The notes under the pieces are model-generated. The model had not been told where the DNA came from and did no database searches. It saw only the letters and a list, made by a program, of their open reading frames with translations. Source: Eledone cirrhosa (taxonomy: Eukaryota). Taken from it: a stretch of DNA of 64,000 bases. The position numbers were made by a program, and so were the translations under genes. The stretch covers positions 366,730,001 to 366,794,000 of the forward strand of contig OZ024740.1 of assembly GCA_964016885.1 (NCBI GenBank). The letters run 5' to 3'. How positions within the stretch are numbered: position 1 is the stretch's first letter; each line of letters starts with the position of its first letter. Of this stretch, positions 11,870 to 24,169 are shown piece by piece.

Positions 11870-12436
11870 TACAAAGAATCAGTCCAGAGCCTTGTAGTTA
11901 TGCAATAGATGTTTGGTGACGTGTGGACAACGTGTGAAAAATTCACTTCTCGTGTTTAGGCAATCACTATTGCGTAATCTCTTTAGAATAGTTATTCGTT
12001 CGTCAATACATAAGTCACACGTCGGATTTCCCCTTGCGTATGGCTTGGACTTAGTGATGGCTTTCCATTGGATGGATTAGCCTATACTTGAGTCCTTGAG
12101 GGACCATACGTGGCTCGCGAGTTTCGTGGATGAACGTCTGTCCGGGTATCTGAAGGTAGACTTGTGGTTCAGGAAACGCTCCTTGAATCGGCCCTCCGCC
12201 ATGCCCACATAGGATTTGACCTCCTGTGGTTCGTTTGGTCGGTTGGAAGTGACCACAGCTTCATAGATTACAGCTGGTGTGTTGCATTGCTGTTGAAGGG
12301 GGCAAGCTTCAGGCTTACGGCAAGATCACCCTGGTGGGGTGTTGCTCCTAGGACTGCTGGTGATGTGGGCCTTCATGTTCCTAGCGCAGGAGTATCCTAG
12401 TTTAACTTTGTGTCGGTTAAAGATGGAGCGGCAAGG
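11870..12436 (-). pseudogene. GIY-YIG endonuclease C-terminus of a Penelope-like ORF, disrupted
   Basis: Hand translation gives SIFNRHKVKLGYSCARNMK..CRKPEACPLQQQCNTPAVIYEAVV..KSYVGMAEGRFKERFLNHKSTFR..TKLASHVWSLK..*SIQWKAI..PY..CDLCIDE..LNTRSEFFTRCPH. Confidence 0.9.
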
Positions 12437-12632
12437 CTCCGGGCTGATTCTTTGTCATTTTATTTTTAATTTAACTTTAATTTTATTTTCAACCTAAAAA
12501 CTTTCCGGACTTTCGCGGTTATCTCCCTTACACCTCTCGCACGCAGTCTAGTATTACCTGTGTGAAGTGACCAAGTTTCTGCGCATGCGCGTTCGTATGG
12601 TTGTCCTTCCTGTTCCTATAACCATGCACATC

Positions 12633-12672
12633 CCGAGCTGAAGATCCGCTAAGGTGAAACAATTGTTCTCGG
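12633..12672 (+). ncRNA. Minimal HHR in the Penelope pLTR (mirror copy on - at 11655-11694)
   Basis: ccgag-CTGAAGA-t-cc(gctaa)gg-t-GAAA-caattg-TT-ctcgg. Stem I is a perfect 5 bp and stem III is the palindrome AACAATTGTT. Confidence 0.85.
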
Positions 12673-12766
12673 TATGGTGAACTAACTGTTGTGTAACCAC
12701 TTCTACCTAAATCGTCCCTTGGACTGAGTCCTCTACTACTACGGATATTACCTTTCAGTGCTCTAC

Positions 12767-12808
<42 letters not shown>

Positions 12809-12960
12809 AACAGAAAGCTTGTGTTCTTCGGTTTTCTTCCATTTCTCTCTTTTAGAGAAGCGGGAAGTGGCAGAAAAGAGAGAACACCAGAATAAAGGTA
12901 AATATCTAGATAGATAGATAAACATTATGAACAGAAAGGCAGATGAATAAATGAATAAAG

Positions 12961-13040
<80 letters not shown>

Positions 13041-13917
13041 TATAGATAGTTTGTTTTTGTTTAGTCTGACATCAACTTTGATCAAATAGACTACTACCAA
13101 AGTCGTTCCAACAAGAATCATCACTATTTTAGGTACTACGGCATTAAAAGAACATGGGTTTGATGTTGATTTTCGGGATGGGAACTACTGTAAGGCTTCT
13201 TTTTTTGGGGGGGGGGGGGTTTATTACTTATAGAGGGTAGGTCAGAGCTGATGACACTTTTTTTTAAAGGCATCTAAGACTAGTAGAAGGGAAGAAAACA
13301 CCTCTAAACCGGAAATCTGGCTCGAATATATGCAACTATGGTTTCCGTTAAAGTTGCTAAGGGCCAGGTAGTCGGGTTAAATTGGACGACAGATTCACTC
13401 TCCTTCTCAAGCAGACCTCAGTGATACTTGAACTAAGAATGCAAAAAGTTGGAACAATATACGCATCTTGCTGAATGTTCTTACAATTCTCCTAATCCAA
13501 TCCCTGGGGGCAGGTACGTTATTTTATTGACACTAAATTAATGCAAGGTAATGTTCACATCAACATCATTTGAACACAAAAATACTGTAAAGTATTTTAT
13601 CCTACGTTTTAACGATGTCATCTTTAGATTATCAAGATTCCTGCATGTGTTAGATTATTATGTCTGTCTCGAAAGGAAGCTCAATTTTTTTTATTACTGA
13701 CCATTCATGTCTTATCTCTCGCTTCACAGGAGACGATGGCAGTTTGAACAGAGCAGAATGTTTACCAGGAACAAGCACGTCTTCACACTTCCAAATTGAT
13801 AATATCTGATGTTACAAAGAATCAGAGGACGTAAACAAATCAACAACAGCAGCAACAACAACAACAAAAACAACAACAACAATAATAATAAAAAATACTA
13901 CTACTACTTCTACTAAT

Positions 13918-14135
13918 AATGGTTTCTGATTTAGGCACAAGGCCAACAGTTTTGGGAGAAGGGAAAGTCGATTAAATTGACCCCAGTGCGTTACTGGTTA
14001 TTTATTTTATCGAGCCTATAGGGGTGTAAGGCATAGCTAACCTCGGTGGGATTTGAACTCAAAACGTAAAGGGACATAACTATATACCGCAAAGCATGTT
14101 GACCTACGCTCTCCCGACACTGCTGCCAACCGACC
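13918..14135 (-). mobile_element. SINE family A copy
   Basis: ttaggcacaaggcc..tttatcga..gggatttgaactca matches the reverse complement of the 17140 copy. Confidence 0.8.
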
Positions 14136-14140
14136 AACGT

Positions 14141-15482
14141 AATAATTATTCCTTTATTGACGACAAGAGTCGAAATATGTAGGACAATACAAAAAAGACA
14201 GGGACAATGGTGATTTACCAAAAATTGAACATGTGTAAACATAAAACAGATAACAATAAACAATACAACAATAATAATAAAAATTCCCTAATAGTGGGGA
14301 GCACCACCAAGGGGTAACTGAAGAACCCCCACATCCTAAACCACCCTAATCTCAAAAAGCACCATAGGAAGGTGCCCATTTCCTCTCGAAACTCTCCATC
14401 ATACAGGCGCATGTTCAGAATAGGCCCATTCACTCGGGCCATCCTCGCACGGTCCACCCTCCTTTTAACAAATGTACTGAGGTTTGGGTGGGGGAAGCAC
14501 TTCCCTCTCCACCCTCACCTTCCTTTACAAGTGGAACTTGAAAAAGTCGACGAGGGCTTGGTCGAAGAGGAAAGTGCATGTCTTCAGCCCTCTCAGCCGT
14601 GCCCACCTCGCAGCCTCTTCCACTTTGGCCACCAATCAGAGGAAACCTGCCTACACTTTCCAGTCAAAAACATCTGTACGATGGAGTCAGCCAATAGTCG
14701 GATCCGTCATACACGCGACAATATCTGCTCAGCAAACCTCGGACCGGGGAAGGGCACGGAGGTCAGGCCGTAATAGATAATGGACGCTATGTACGTATTC
14801 ATCACCTCCACCCAACCTTCCAGTCATAGCTTTCTCTCGGAGTGGCCACGCTACTCGATACCTTGTTCCAGTTCTTATCCACCTGGAGGTTTGGGCAAAA
14901 CCAGACCCCGAGCAACTTCACTGGTCCGTCAATCTGTCAAGCTTCTGATGACGATTTTGAACGTTCATATTCCTTTTAGAAGTTGCCGACCAGTTCGATT
15001 TTCAAGGTGTTCGACTCCATCACGGTGACATCGTCCGCGCATGCCGAAGCAGCCCTTTCACGTTCCAGCTCTAGCGGGATGCCCTGAAATAACTCCAACT
15101 TCTGCAGTAGTGGTTCAAAAGTCAGTAAATACAAAAGAGAAGTGAGGAAGCATCCTCTACAGACCGAGCGCATGATCTAGAATGGTTCCAGTACGTTGAT
15201 AATCAAGCAGTTGCCGCTGTACATTGCAGTGATCCAGCCTCTAAAGACGGGGCCGAAACCAGCTGTCTATCGATGATCGATACTATGGAGGGCTGACCAT
15301 AGATCTAAATAGATCAGAGCTCCACTGAAGCAAGGTGTACTCTCTACTCTCTCTATGATGTATCGCGTAAGGTCGAGGTTGTCGTGTATGAACCTGGTCG
15401 GGATTGCGTAAGTTTGGGCCTCACCAACTAGGTTCTTGATAACATGCGGCAACCTCATTGCAAGCACCTTGGCCAAAATCTG
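14141..15482 (-). mobile_element. Decayed, internally deleted L1/Tx1-like LINE 3' part
   Basis: AKVLAMRL..VGEAQTYAIP..IHDNL, ACADDVTV and RMARVNGP..NMRL match the 21015 and 24170 elements. The 3' UTR ends aataaaggaataattatt. Confidence 0.85.
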
Positions 15483-16023
15483 TGATGTGCAGAGCTATGG
15501 GCTGGAAATTATTGAGATGGAGACTGCAATATATTTTTCGAACCCCACTCCCTTTACAAAAGGCTTGAATGCACCCCTTGTTAGCCATATTGCCGTTTTG
15601 GTAATCTTATACACGCCATTCACCAATATGGTAATTTTCTTAAGCACACGAAAACTAGCCTTTTTTTAGAGAAAGCCTTTATTCGCCTCGTCATAGCTAT
15701 ATCACTGGGTTGTGATAGTTTTCTTGGGAGCTAAAGGTGTCACCCATTGCTCCATCTCTAATAGTTTACCGCTGTTGGACCGGAGTTGCTTATTAGTCTG
15801 ACAGGAGCCGCTTATATCGCAACCAACCCTCATATCTGATGGCCGTATCACTATTCGTCACCTGCGACCGGTTTTCTAGCAAAATAGCTCTGCCAAGAAG
15901 GGTCCTAAATCTAATTTTCTAAATAATCCATTCCTAAGACATATTATCCCTATTGAACATCAATTAGGTATCGTTAGTAAATTTTACCTAGATAAAATTG
16001 TGGGTATGGTACGGTGTGCGGTG

Positions 16024-16103
16024 GCCGGAAGCTGGGAAGTACTCGACCGGAAGAGTGCTTGACCGGAAGGGTGCTTGGCCGGAAGAGTGCTCGACCGGAA
16101 GGG
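16024..16103 (+). repeat. 16-bp minisatellite (4 copies plus a partial) built on CCGGAAG
   Basis: ctcgaccggaagagtg / cttgaccggaagggtg / cttggccggaagagtg / ctcgaccggaagggcc. Confidence 0.85.
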
Positions 16104-16599
16104 CCAGCAGATCGGTCTCTCTCTAGTGGTGACCAGGAACGGTGTGGACGCGAGCTTGGTTAATGAGTTGGACGCACGTGGAAGAGGAGAAACCAGCCTT
16201 GGAATTTAGCGGCGCCTATGAAAAGCGGTAAGTGAGATAGCTTTTTCTAACCACAAAAATCACCACCAAAATTTCTTGAACGTCTCTAGTATGGAACAAC
16301 GATACTTCAGTACAGAATGGTTGAATAACGTAAACAGTAAACAACTGCACAGATCCTGTTTGATGTCGTAGACTGTTATCGTTCTATTACAAACGTTTTA
16401 TTCTAACCAACTTTAATTTTCAATCAGAAATCACATTCATATGATTGAATCAGAAATCAAAATAATTATGTATGGTAAAAAATCGATATTTGACGACCAT
16501 TTGTGGATACAGATGGTAATTCTACTTTCGATATCAGAATGATAGCAAGATGCTCAGAGGAAATATTTGAATTGATTTCTCTTTACATCTTACAGTGAA

Positions 16600-16890
16600 G
16601 GTACGTGGGTTAGTGGTTAGAGTGATAGGTTCAGGGTTGTGAATTCAATTCCAGGACCGGGCGGCGCGTTGTGCCCTTGAACAAAACACTGTATTTCACG
16701 TTGCTCCAGTCCCCTCGGCTGGTAAAAAATGAGTTGTACCTGTAATTCAAAGGACCAGCCTTATCACAGAACTAAGCAAAGAGTGCACGTGTCAGTGGAA
16801 TGCCTAGCTACATACACATTAATATCACGAGCAGACAGTTGCGTTGATTGAATCAACTGAAACACTTGTTGGAAACGATGGAGATTCAAC
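16600..16890 (+). mobile_element. tRNA-derived SINE family B (CORE-like centre)
   Basis: A-box-like gggttagtggttag, B-box-like gaattcaattcc, then ttgtgcccttgaacaaaacact..cacgttgctccagt. Confidence 0.7.
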
Positions 16891-17139
16891 AACAGCACAT
16901 TATAGCATTACATAGAATTACAGGTAGTTTATACCACGATGGCAGCAATTTTTACGACACATTATGAACAACAAACAGACAGATTTTTGAAAAATCTCAC
17001 GATAAATAATTTTCTTGGCATAGCGCTAAACGTAAGTACTTGACATTGCAGTAAACACTGGTATTTCAAATATTAGGGAACTGAATGAAACATTTACAGT
17101 ATATCCATACGATTTCCCACCATTATCTGTCATCTGAAA

Positions 17140-17328
17140 GGGCGGTGGATTGGCAGTATCGGTAGAGGGTCGGACGCCATGCTTTCCAGCATAGTTACGT
17201 CCCTTTACGATCTGAGTTCAAATCCCGCCGAGGTTGACTTTGCCTTTCATCCTTACGGGGTCGATAAAATAAAGTACCAGTAATGCACTGGGTAATTGCT
17301 GGCCTTGTGCCTAAAGTAGAAACAATTA
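17140..17328 (+). mobile_element. Full-length tRNA-derived SINE family A with target-site duplication (TSD)
   Basis: A box tggcagtatcgg and B box gagttcaaatcc. The direct repeat attatctgtcatctgaaagg occurs at 17122 and 17325. Confidence 0.92.
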
Positions 17329-17547
17329 TCTGTCATCTGAAAGGACTTATCCAAGTATAAAAGTCTCCGAGTTTTAGCATCTCGTATGAAGAAACAGTTT
17401 TAACAACGTTGTCGATCATTATAATAAAGCTTTATCATGAGGTGATTTCTTTATCATGAGTTGAGATAAAATACATGAGAAAATGTCAGAAAATGTCCCC
17501 AATAATCCCAAATATAATCGAATCTTTATAAAAAACATGATTAATGT

Positions 17548-20500
17548 CACTTTAAATCTTGGTATTGATTAATTTTCTCCCTCTCTTTCTCTTGCACTCT
17601 CGTGTCGAATGGGCAGGCTACATCTACAATCAGGCACGATCTTTTTTCCTTGTCCAAAACCACCAGGTCAGGTCTATTGTGTTCCAGTTTTTGTCCGTCT
17701 GTATCCTAAAATCCCACAGCACCTTCACCTGATCGTTTTCTATCACCGACTCTGGCTTATGCTCATACCACTTCTCAGAATGTGGTAAATTGTTTACTTT
17801 GCATAGGTAGCAGTGTATGACACTGCCCATCACATCATGTCTCCAGCTTTTATAGTGAGTCTGGGCTAGGTGTTTACACTCGGATACAATGTGAGCCACA
17901 GTCTCCTCTCTATCTCCACAGATCCTACACAGTGGGCTAGCCGCCTCCTTGTAAATATGGTGTTTCACCCACTTCGTTTTGAGGGCCTGCTCTTGCGCAG
18001 CCATTAGCATTCCTTCTGTAGTCTTTTTAAGGTCTCCTCTTTTCAACCAGTTCCATGTCTGTGGATCTCTAAATTCAGTTTTCTCAAAGAAGGTGCTATG
18101 AAGGGATTTTTCATGAAGGTTGCTCTTCCTCCTTGTTGTTATTTCCTCCTTGGACATCCCTTGGTCTATTGTCTTCTCCTTCAGTACAATTCTGAGCATT
18201 GGCTCCCTACTATCAGTCACGTATTTGTGTAGGTTGTTTTTCTCCATCTGAACACAGTCCTCTATGCTGATAAGAGCTCTTCCACCTTCAGATCTCCTTA
18301 AGTAGAGTCTATCGACATCACTCCTCTTGTGGAACATGTTGTAGATAGTCAATAGCTTCCCAGTCTTCCTATCCATTTCTTTTTTGTTCAGCAACATTCC
18401 ATCTCAGAATTCCCTCACTGTACCTAATAATAGACACAGCTCGGGAATTTACTGCACTTATGGCATTCCTACTGTTCAGATGTGACTTTAATACGCTCCT
18501 TACTCTCCGAATGTATTCAGTTCTTATCAATTCCTTCATTTTTTTGTTCTGGATGTCATCAGCCACCAGAACACCCAAATACTTGTATCCTTCTTCAGTG
18601 TCAATTTCCTTTATCATCTCACCTGTTGGTACCTGGATTACGTTGCTTCTGCTCAATTTACCACTCTTCATCACAAGGACTCCACACTTACTAATACCAA
18701 ATTGCATACATATATCATTGCTGAAAATACGGACAGTGTCAACAAGCACATCCAACTCCTCACTCTTCTCGAAGAGCTTAAGATCGTCCATGAAGAGGAG
18801 GTGATTGATGGTAAGCTCTCCCTTTCCGAACTTGTATCCTGCTCTCACTTCTCGCAGTATAATGGTCAGGGGCATCAGGGCAAGGACAAACAACAGAGGG
18901 GACAGACTATCTCCCTGGAAGATACCTCTCTTGATCTTCACGCCTCCCAAGGATTCTCCAGCTGATGTTAACTCTGTTTTCCAAGACTTCATACTTTTGC
19001 CCAACAACTGTCTGATGTTATCTGACACCTTGAAGATCTCTAGGCTTTTGGTGATCCAAGAATGAGGCACCATGTCAAATGCCTTTTTGTAGTCTATCCA
19101 TCCCATGGCAAGACCAGTGTGTCTCCTCTTGCAATTCCTCATTACAATCTTATCAATACGTAACTGGTCCTTTGTACCACGGGACTCCTTTCGGTATTCT
19201 TTCTGTTCGTCCGGTAACAAGTTGTTTGTGTGGAGGTGATGGTAGATTTCCTCAGACACAATGCTTGTCAACAGTTTCCACATTACAGACTGACATGTGA
19301 TAGGTCTATAGTTGGTAACATCATTACCCTTGATTCGGTCTTTCTGGTACCTCACCTGACATCAAGCAGTCATTGAACATGGTTGTCAGTTTCGGGTGGA
19401 GGGATGTTATATTTTGAATCCAATACCCCTGCACACCATCTGGGCCTGGTGATTTCCACTTGGTTAGTTTTTTGGCCTACCCGTTAACAGTTTCAACTGT
19501 GATACTCAAATCAGTTTGTTGGTGTGCCTGTTCACTAATCTCCTTTTGTACTGTCTCGATCCACACTGCCTGGTCATTATGTTTAACATCCTGCTCCCAT
19601 ATTCCTCTCCAGAATGTCTTAGTTTGTTCCGCCTCAGGCATCAAGTCGTTGCCTCTTTCTTTCCCTTCAAGCTGTCCAAACAACATCTTCTGGTTGTTGT
19701 CAAACATGCGGTTCTGTCTATACTGAGTAACTCTGCTCTCGTATCGCCTAAATTTTGCACTCTTTGCTACAATGCGTTGCTTCGGTTCCTCTATGATAAT
19801 ATTTAGCTTTTTCCTTCTAGTTTTGTACTTTATTTCCAGTCTATTTTTAGTGTCTATGTTTTTTAGTGTCCCATTCACTAGGGACTCAAGCTTTCCAATG
19901 TCATTTCTCATTTCCCTCATTTGACCATTCAGTCTTTTCTTCCACCTAGGTTCTGATCTTTCTTGTTTGTTGTTTCCTCTCGCTTTTATGCCAAGTAATT
20001 TCCTCACCGCATTTGCTGTTGCTTTGAGGATATTGTTGCACTGGTGAAGGCTTCTCGCCTCAGTATGGGATGACTTTGTTTACCTTAGCTGTTGTTTCTT
20101 TTAACTTTTTCCTGTCTACAAATCTTAGGTTCATAGGTTTCCCACTATCGTTGTTCAATTCATCTACCACTAAGTTTAGGATATCAACCAAATCTTGTCC
20201 TAGCCCGTCAGCATTCATCTCCTCAATGGCCGTATCTTTGTTCCAGGTATTATTTATTTCAGCATTCAGATTATTGTCTGCTTCGGATGGTTCCTCCGTT
20301 CTCTCAACCTCTTCATTTCCCACTGCCTCGTTTACCTGGCATACTCCACTCTCCATTTCCAACCTAATCTCGCTGCTCAGTTCCTCCAGTTCCAGCTCGC
20401 CCATCCACCCATTAGTTCTTATTACCCGAGCCTGCCCGGCCAATTTTTGTTCATCTAATTTAAATAGACCAATCTCGTTCCAGATGTTATGCATCCGTTT

Positions 20501-20862
20501 CCTATAGCCTTTCTCCTTGGGGTTACTCTTCAGGTAACATTGCATAACAGTTCTATTCAATTCTTTCGTCCAGTTGGTTCTGGTCCCTTTCCTTCTTCTT
20601 CTTCCTCCGACACCAGCAGTATTTGGTTGCCAGCCAGATCCCTGCTGCTGAGCCAGAGAGCACCTGCTGGGTGAGAGTCTGTCACATGACATTCCAGTCT
20701 CCACTTCACCGTTATTCGAACTGTTTAGGTTCGACATTTAAACACTCTTATCGTGGATTGGTGAATGTATGGTTACATAACCACCGGTGATTTTAGTGTG
20801 GCACTATCACGCTGTAGACGAACATAAATAAACAAACAAACAAATAGGTAACCTCCCCAAAA
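17548..20862 (-). mobile_element. R4/Dong-like non-LTR retrotransposon (RT + CCHC + RLE), copy 1, frameshifted and 3'-truncated
   Basis: ORFs 20060-20737, 19477-20007, 18369-19355 (YRPITC, IDYKKAFD, GIFQGDSLSP, LFMDDLK) and 17630-18397 (CRICG..HIVSEC, RHD). Confidence 0.9.
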
Positions 20863-20863
20863 A

Positions 20864-20897
<34 letters not shown>

Positions 20898-21014
20898 GAA
20901 TGCTATGGTTGACGGAGGCTCGGCTCTGTAAGGTATTGTAAATTTTGACCGCTATAACAATTGTAAATTGTTTAAAACTTTAACCAGCTTGTAGACAAAA
21001 ACACCCTCCTCCTC

Positions 21015-23266
21015 GTGAGAGGGGTCTTGGCGGATGTCTACTGCAACTGGCAACAGAACGGGAGAATTCCCAGCTCTGTGAGCCGAGGAGCGGTGGCGCT
21101 GCTGAGAAAGGATCCGAACAAGGGGGATAACATAGATAATTTTAGGCCCATAACTCTGCTAAACACAGAATTCAAGATTTTGGCCAAGGTGCTAGCAAAG
21201 AGGTTGGCGCTTGTCGTTGGTAGTCTGGTGGGAGAGGCGCAGACATGTGCCATTCCCGACAGATCCATCCACGATAACCTCCACCTCATGCGATACATCG
21301 TAGAGAGGATAGCTAGGGAACCTGGCACGGGTGGGTCCTTGATCAATTTAGATCAGTCGAAAGCTTTCGATAGGGTCGACCATCGTTACCTAGCGGCAGT
21401 CCTGAGGGCGGCTGGCTTTGTGCCCGTCTTCAGAGGCTGGATCGCTGCCATGCACAGCGACATCTGCTCTGTGGTGAGAGTGAACGGTCACCTTTCGGAA
21501 CCGTTCAACATCATGCGCTCGGTCCGCCAAGGATGTCCCCTCTCGTCCCTCTTGTACGTATTGACTCTCGAGCCATTACTGCACAAACTGGAGACGTTGC
21601 GGGGCGTCCCGCACGAACTAGGATGCGAAAGATCCGTGTCAGCATATGCGGACGATGTCACCGTAGTGGTGTCGAACGCCAAACACATCGAGGCGATCGG
21701 CACTACACTAAGAGAATACGAAGCGGTGACAGGAGCAATGATCAACCAGGAAAAGTCAGTGGGCCTGCAGCTCGGCACCTGGAGAGGCAGGTCCATGCCG
21801 TACAACAGCGTCGTCGGGCGCTGGACGGATGGATCGGTTAAATTGCTAGGGGTCTGATTCGGTCCGGACCTCCAGACGGACAAAAACTGGGACGATGTGA
21901 CGAGCAGGGTGGCTTCTCTCACCCAGAAATGGGCGGAGAGGAAGCTATCCCTGAAAGGTCGAGCGGAGGTGGCTAACGCGTACATCGCATCCGTCATCTA
22001 CTACCGCCTGACCGTCGTACCTTGACCTAAGCCCCGCCTGACTGCTCTGGAGCGTTTGCTCTTTCGCTTTTTGTGGAAGGGACGCGCTCCGATGGTCAGG
22101 CGGTCCATCTGCTGTCAACACCCGCTACGTGGAGGGCTGGGCATGCCGTGGCTGATGATGCGCAGACACGCGCTCAGGCTACGACATCTCCACCTCTTCC
22201 TCGACGGTGATGAGGTGTGGTCTCCGTTTGCTAGACACGTCTTTCCCCAGCTCGTCTCCTTGACGGAGCTGCAGTCCTGGGTCAAGCGAAGACCGAGAGG
22301 GAGCGCTTGGAGACTGGAATGTCTTCAGGCGCTCACAGCCCTCGATCAATCGGGCAATGTGATCGGTGGAAACTCCACCTCGGCGTTCTATAGAGGATTA
22401 GTGGAGGGGAAGAGCGACGACGTACTTGGAGAAACTCTAGGCATCGACGAAAATCAACTAGCCAATCTCTTCGGAAAGACTTTCGGGCCGGGGCCTATGG
22501 ACAACTTCCAGAAATCCCTGGCCTGGCAGTGCTACCGGGGAGCTTTGCCAGTTCGGGATAAACTCTACAGGCATGGAGGTGCCGTCAGCCGGGCATCTCC
22601 GAGATGCGCGCAGGGCGACGAAACCGTTCTGCACGCACTCGTCCAGTGTCCGAGCATTACTGACTTGTGGGTTTATGTCGAACACCTGCTGTCACGTGTA
22701 GGACGGATCCAGCTATCAGCTGAGTCCATCGTGAGGATTGCCCCGCCCTCTTCCTTTAGCCGGGAAGGGCAGGCAATTTTTTATCTGTCTGGTGGCCATG
22801 GCGAAAGAGATAGTATGGTGGACACGTTTGAAAGGGCTGATGACGAGCACTTACCTCTTCGGTGATGCCCTGATTAACTTTTTCAAATTTCCTTTGAAAA
22901 GGAAAATCAGGGTAGAGAGGGAAGTGGTTTCTTCCCAGCATTTTGTTGTAAGATGGGTGAGAGAAGCAAGTATGGCCCGAGTGAATGGGCCTACTCTGAG
23001 TATGTGTCTGTAAATTAAAGGTGGAAAACTGGGAGAGGGCACTTTTCCCTGTGGTCAGGGTCACTGGGGCCTTTTAATGGGCTTTCTCCACAAATGTCCC
23101 TCGGAGGTCTCCCCCCTATTGGGGAATTTTTCATTGTTATTTTTTTGTTACATCCTCTGTTTTTGTTTTTTTACACGCAGAAATTCCCATTTGTACCGTC
23201 CTGTATTGTCCTGTACTGTCCTTAATGTCTACTTTATGTAAAGCCTTGTGGTTAATAAAGAAAACA
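21015..23266 (+). mobile_element. L1/Tx1-like LINE copy a (RT + zf-RVT), 5'-truncated, with stops and (ATT)n tail
   Basis: FRPITLLN, LDQSKAFDRVDH, RQGCPLS, YADDVT and CAQGDETVLHALVQC motifs. aataaa followed by (ATT)n at about 23253-23282. Confidence 0.92.
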
Positions 23267-23284
23267 TTATTATTATTATTATCA

Positions 23285-23388
23285 ACTCCCGCCGAGGTTG
23301 ACTTTGCCTTTCATCCTTACGGGGTCGATAAAATATAGTACCAGTAATGCACTGGGTATTTGCTGGCCTTGTGCCTAAAGTAGAAACA

Positions 23389-23392
<4 letters not shown>
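23285..23392 (+). mobile_element. 5'-truncated SINE family A inside an (ATT)n tract
   Basis: Near-identical to 17223-17328. Confidence 0.9.
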
Positions 23393-23444
<52 letters not shown>

Positions 23445-23445
<1 letters not shown>

Positions 23446-24144
23446 GCTGCATTTATCTTGCTTTATGTTCATACGAGTTATCACCAAGTCACAACCAGTG
23501 ACCTCAAGAGACAACAAGGTCCGCCATGTTCAAGAAAGAACATACATACTCACACATGCATCTTTAGATGTTTAGACTTGTGATGTACTTATATTGACAG
23601 AATCTTCCTTAGTATATGGGCAGTTCCCATTAGTACTATCTTTTGTATATCTCCTATACGCGGGTTTCCTGGGATTTGCGATAAGTAATCATTGGACCCC
23701 TTAGGTATCATTCCTAGAGCGCCTACAACGACTGGTATTGTTTTAGTTCTCAATTTCAACATTTTTCCAATTTCTATCTCCAGGTCCTTATACTTGCTCA
23801 ATTTTTCAAATGTTTTTATAGATACATTCTTGTCTATTGGAACGGACATATCAATTAGCAGGCATACCCTCTTTTTAAAGTCCTTCAATATTATATCAGG
23901 TCTATTTGCATCTATTTTTCGGTCTGTTTGGATGCTAAAGTTCCACAAGATTGAGATGTGATCTTTTTCAAGTATGGGAGGTGGTTGATGCTCCCACCAA
24001 TTCTTTTGATGGGGCAGGTCAAAATGCTTACACATTATCCAATGTATGTATTGTGCAGCTCTGTCATGCCTGTTTAGGTTTTCGGTTGGAGCTATAGGAC
24101 TGCACATTGAAATTATATGGTCAATGGTTTCTGGTTGTTTTTTA
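23445..24144 (-). mobile_element. Second R4/Dong-like family, 3' RLE fragment with (TAA)n on both sides
   Basis: ETIDHIISMC..RHD..NRPDIIL..IDMSVP..EKLSKYKDL..PVVVGALG. Confidence 0.88.
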
Positions 24145-24169
24145 CTATTATTATTATTATTATTATTAT

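Larger units (their letters stand above)
11622..12770 (-). mobile_element. 5'-truncated Penelope-like retroelement (Neptune-like GIY-YIG end) with 3' pLTR and an inverted pLTR
   Basis: 11622-11894 is inverted at 12432-12704, with an HHR in both arms. The GIY-YIG reading frame lies in the loop, and (TA)n flanks both sides. Confidence 0.9.

Noticed and set aside
13712-13836. Host exon (pyrimidine tract, cag acceptor, gtaaac donor)
   Set aside because: The donor is weak, no recognisable peptide is encoded, and there are no partner exons.
17140-17235. tRNA gene
   Set aside because: A and B boxes are present but there is no cloverleaf. It is a multicopy SINE head with a TSD.
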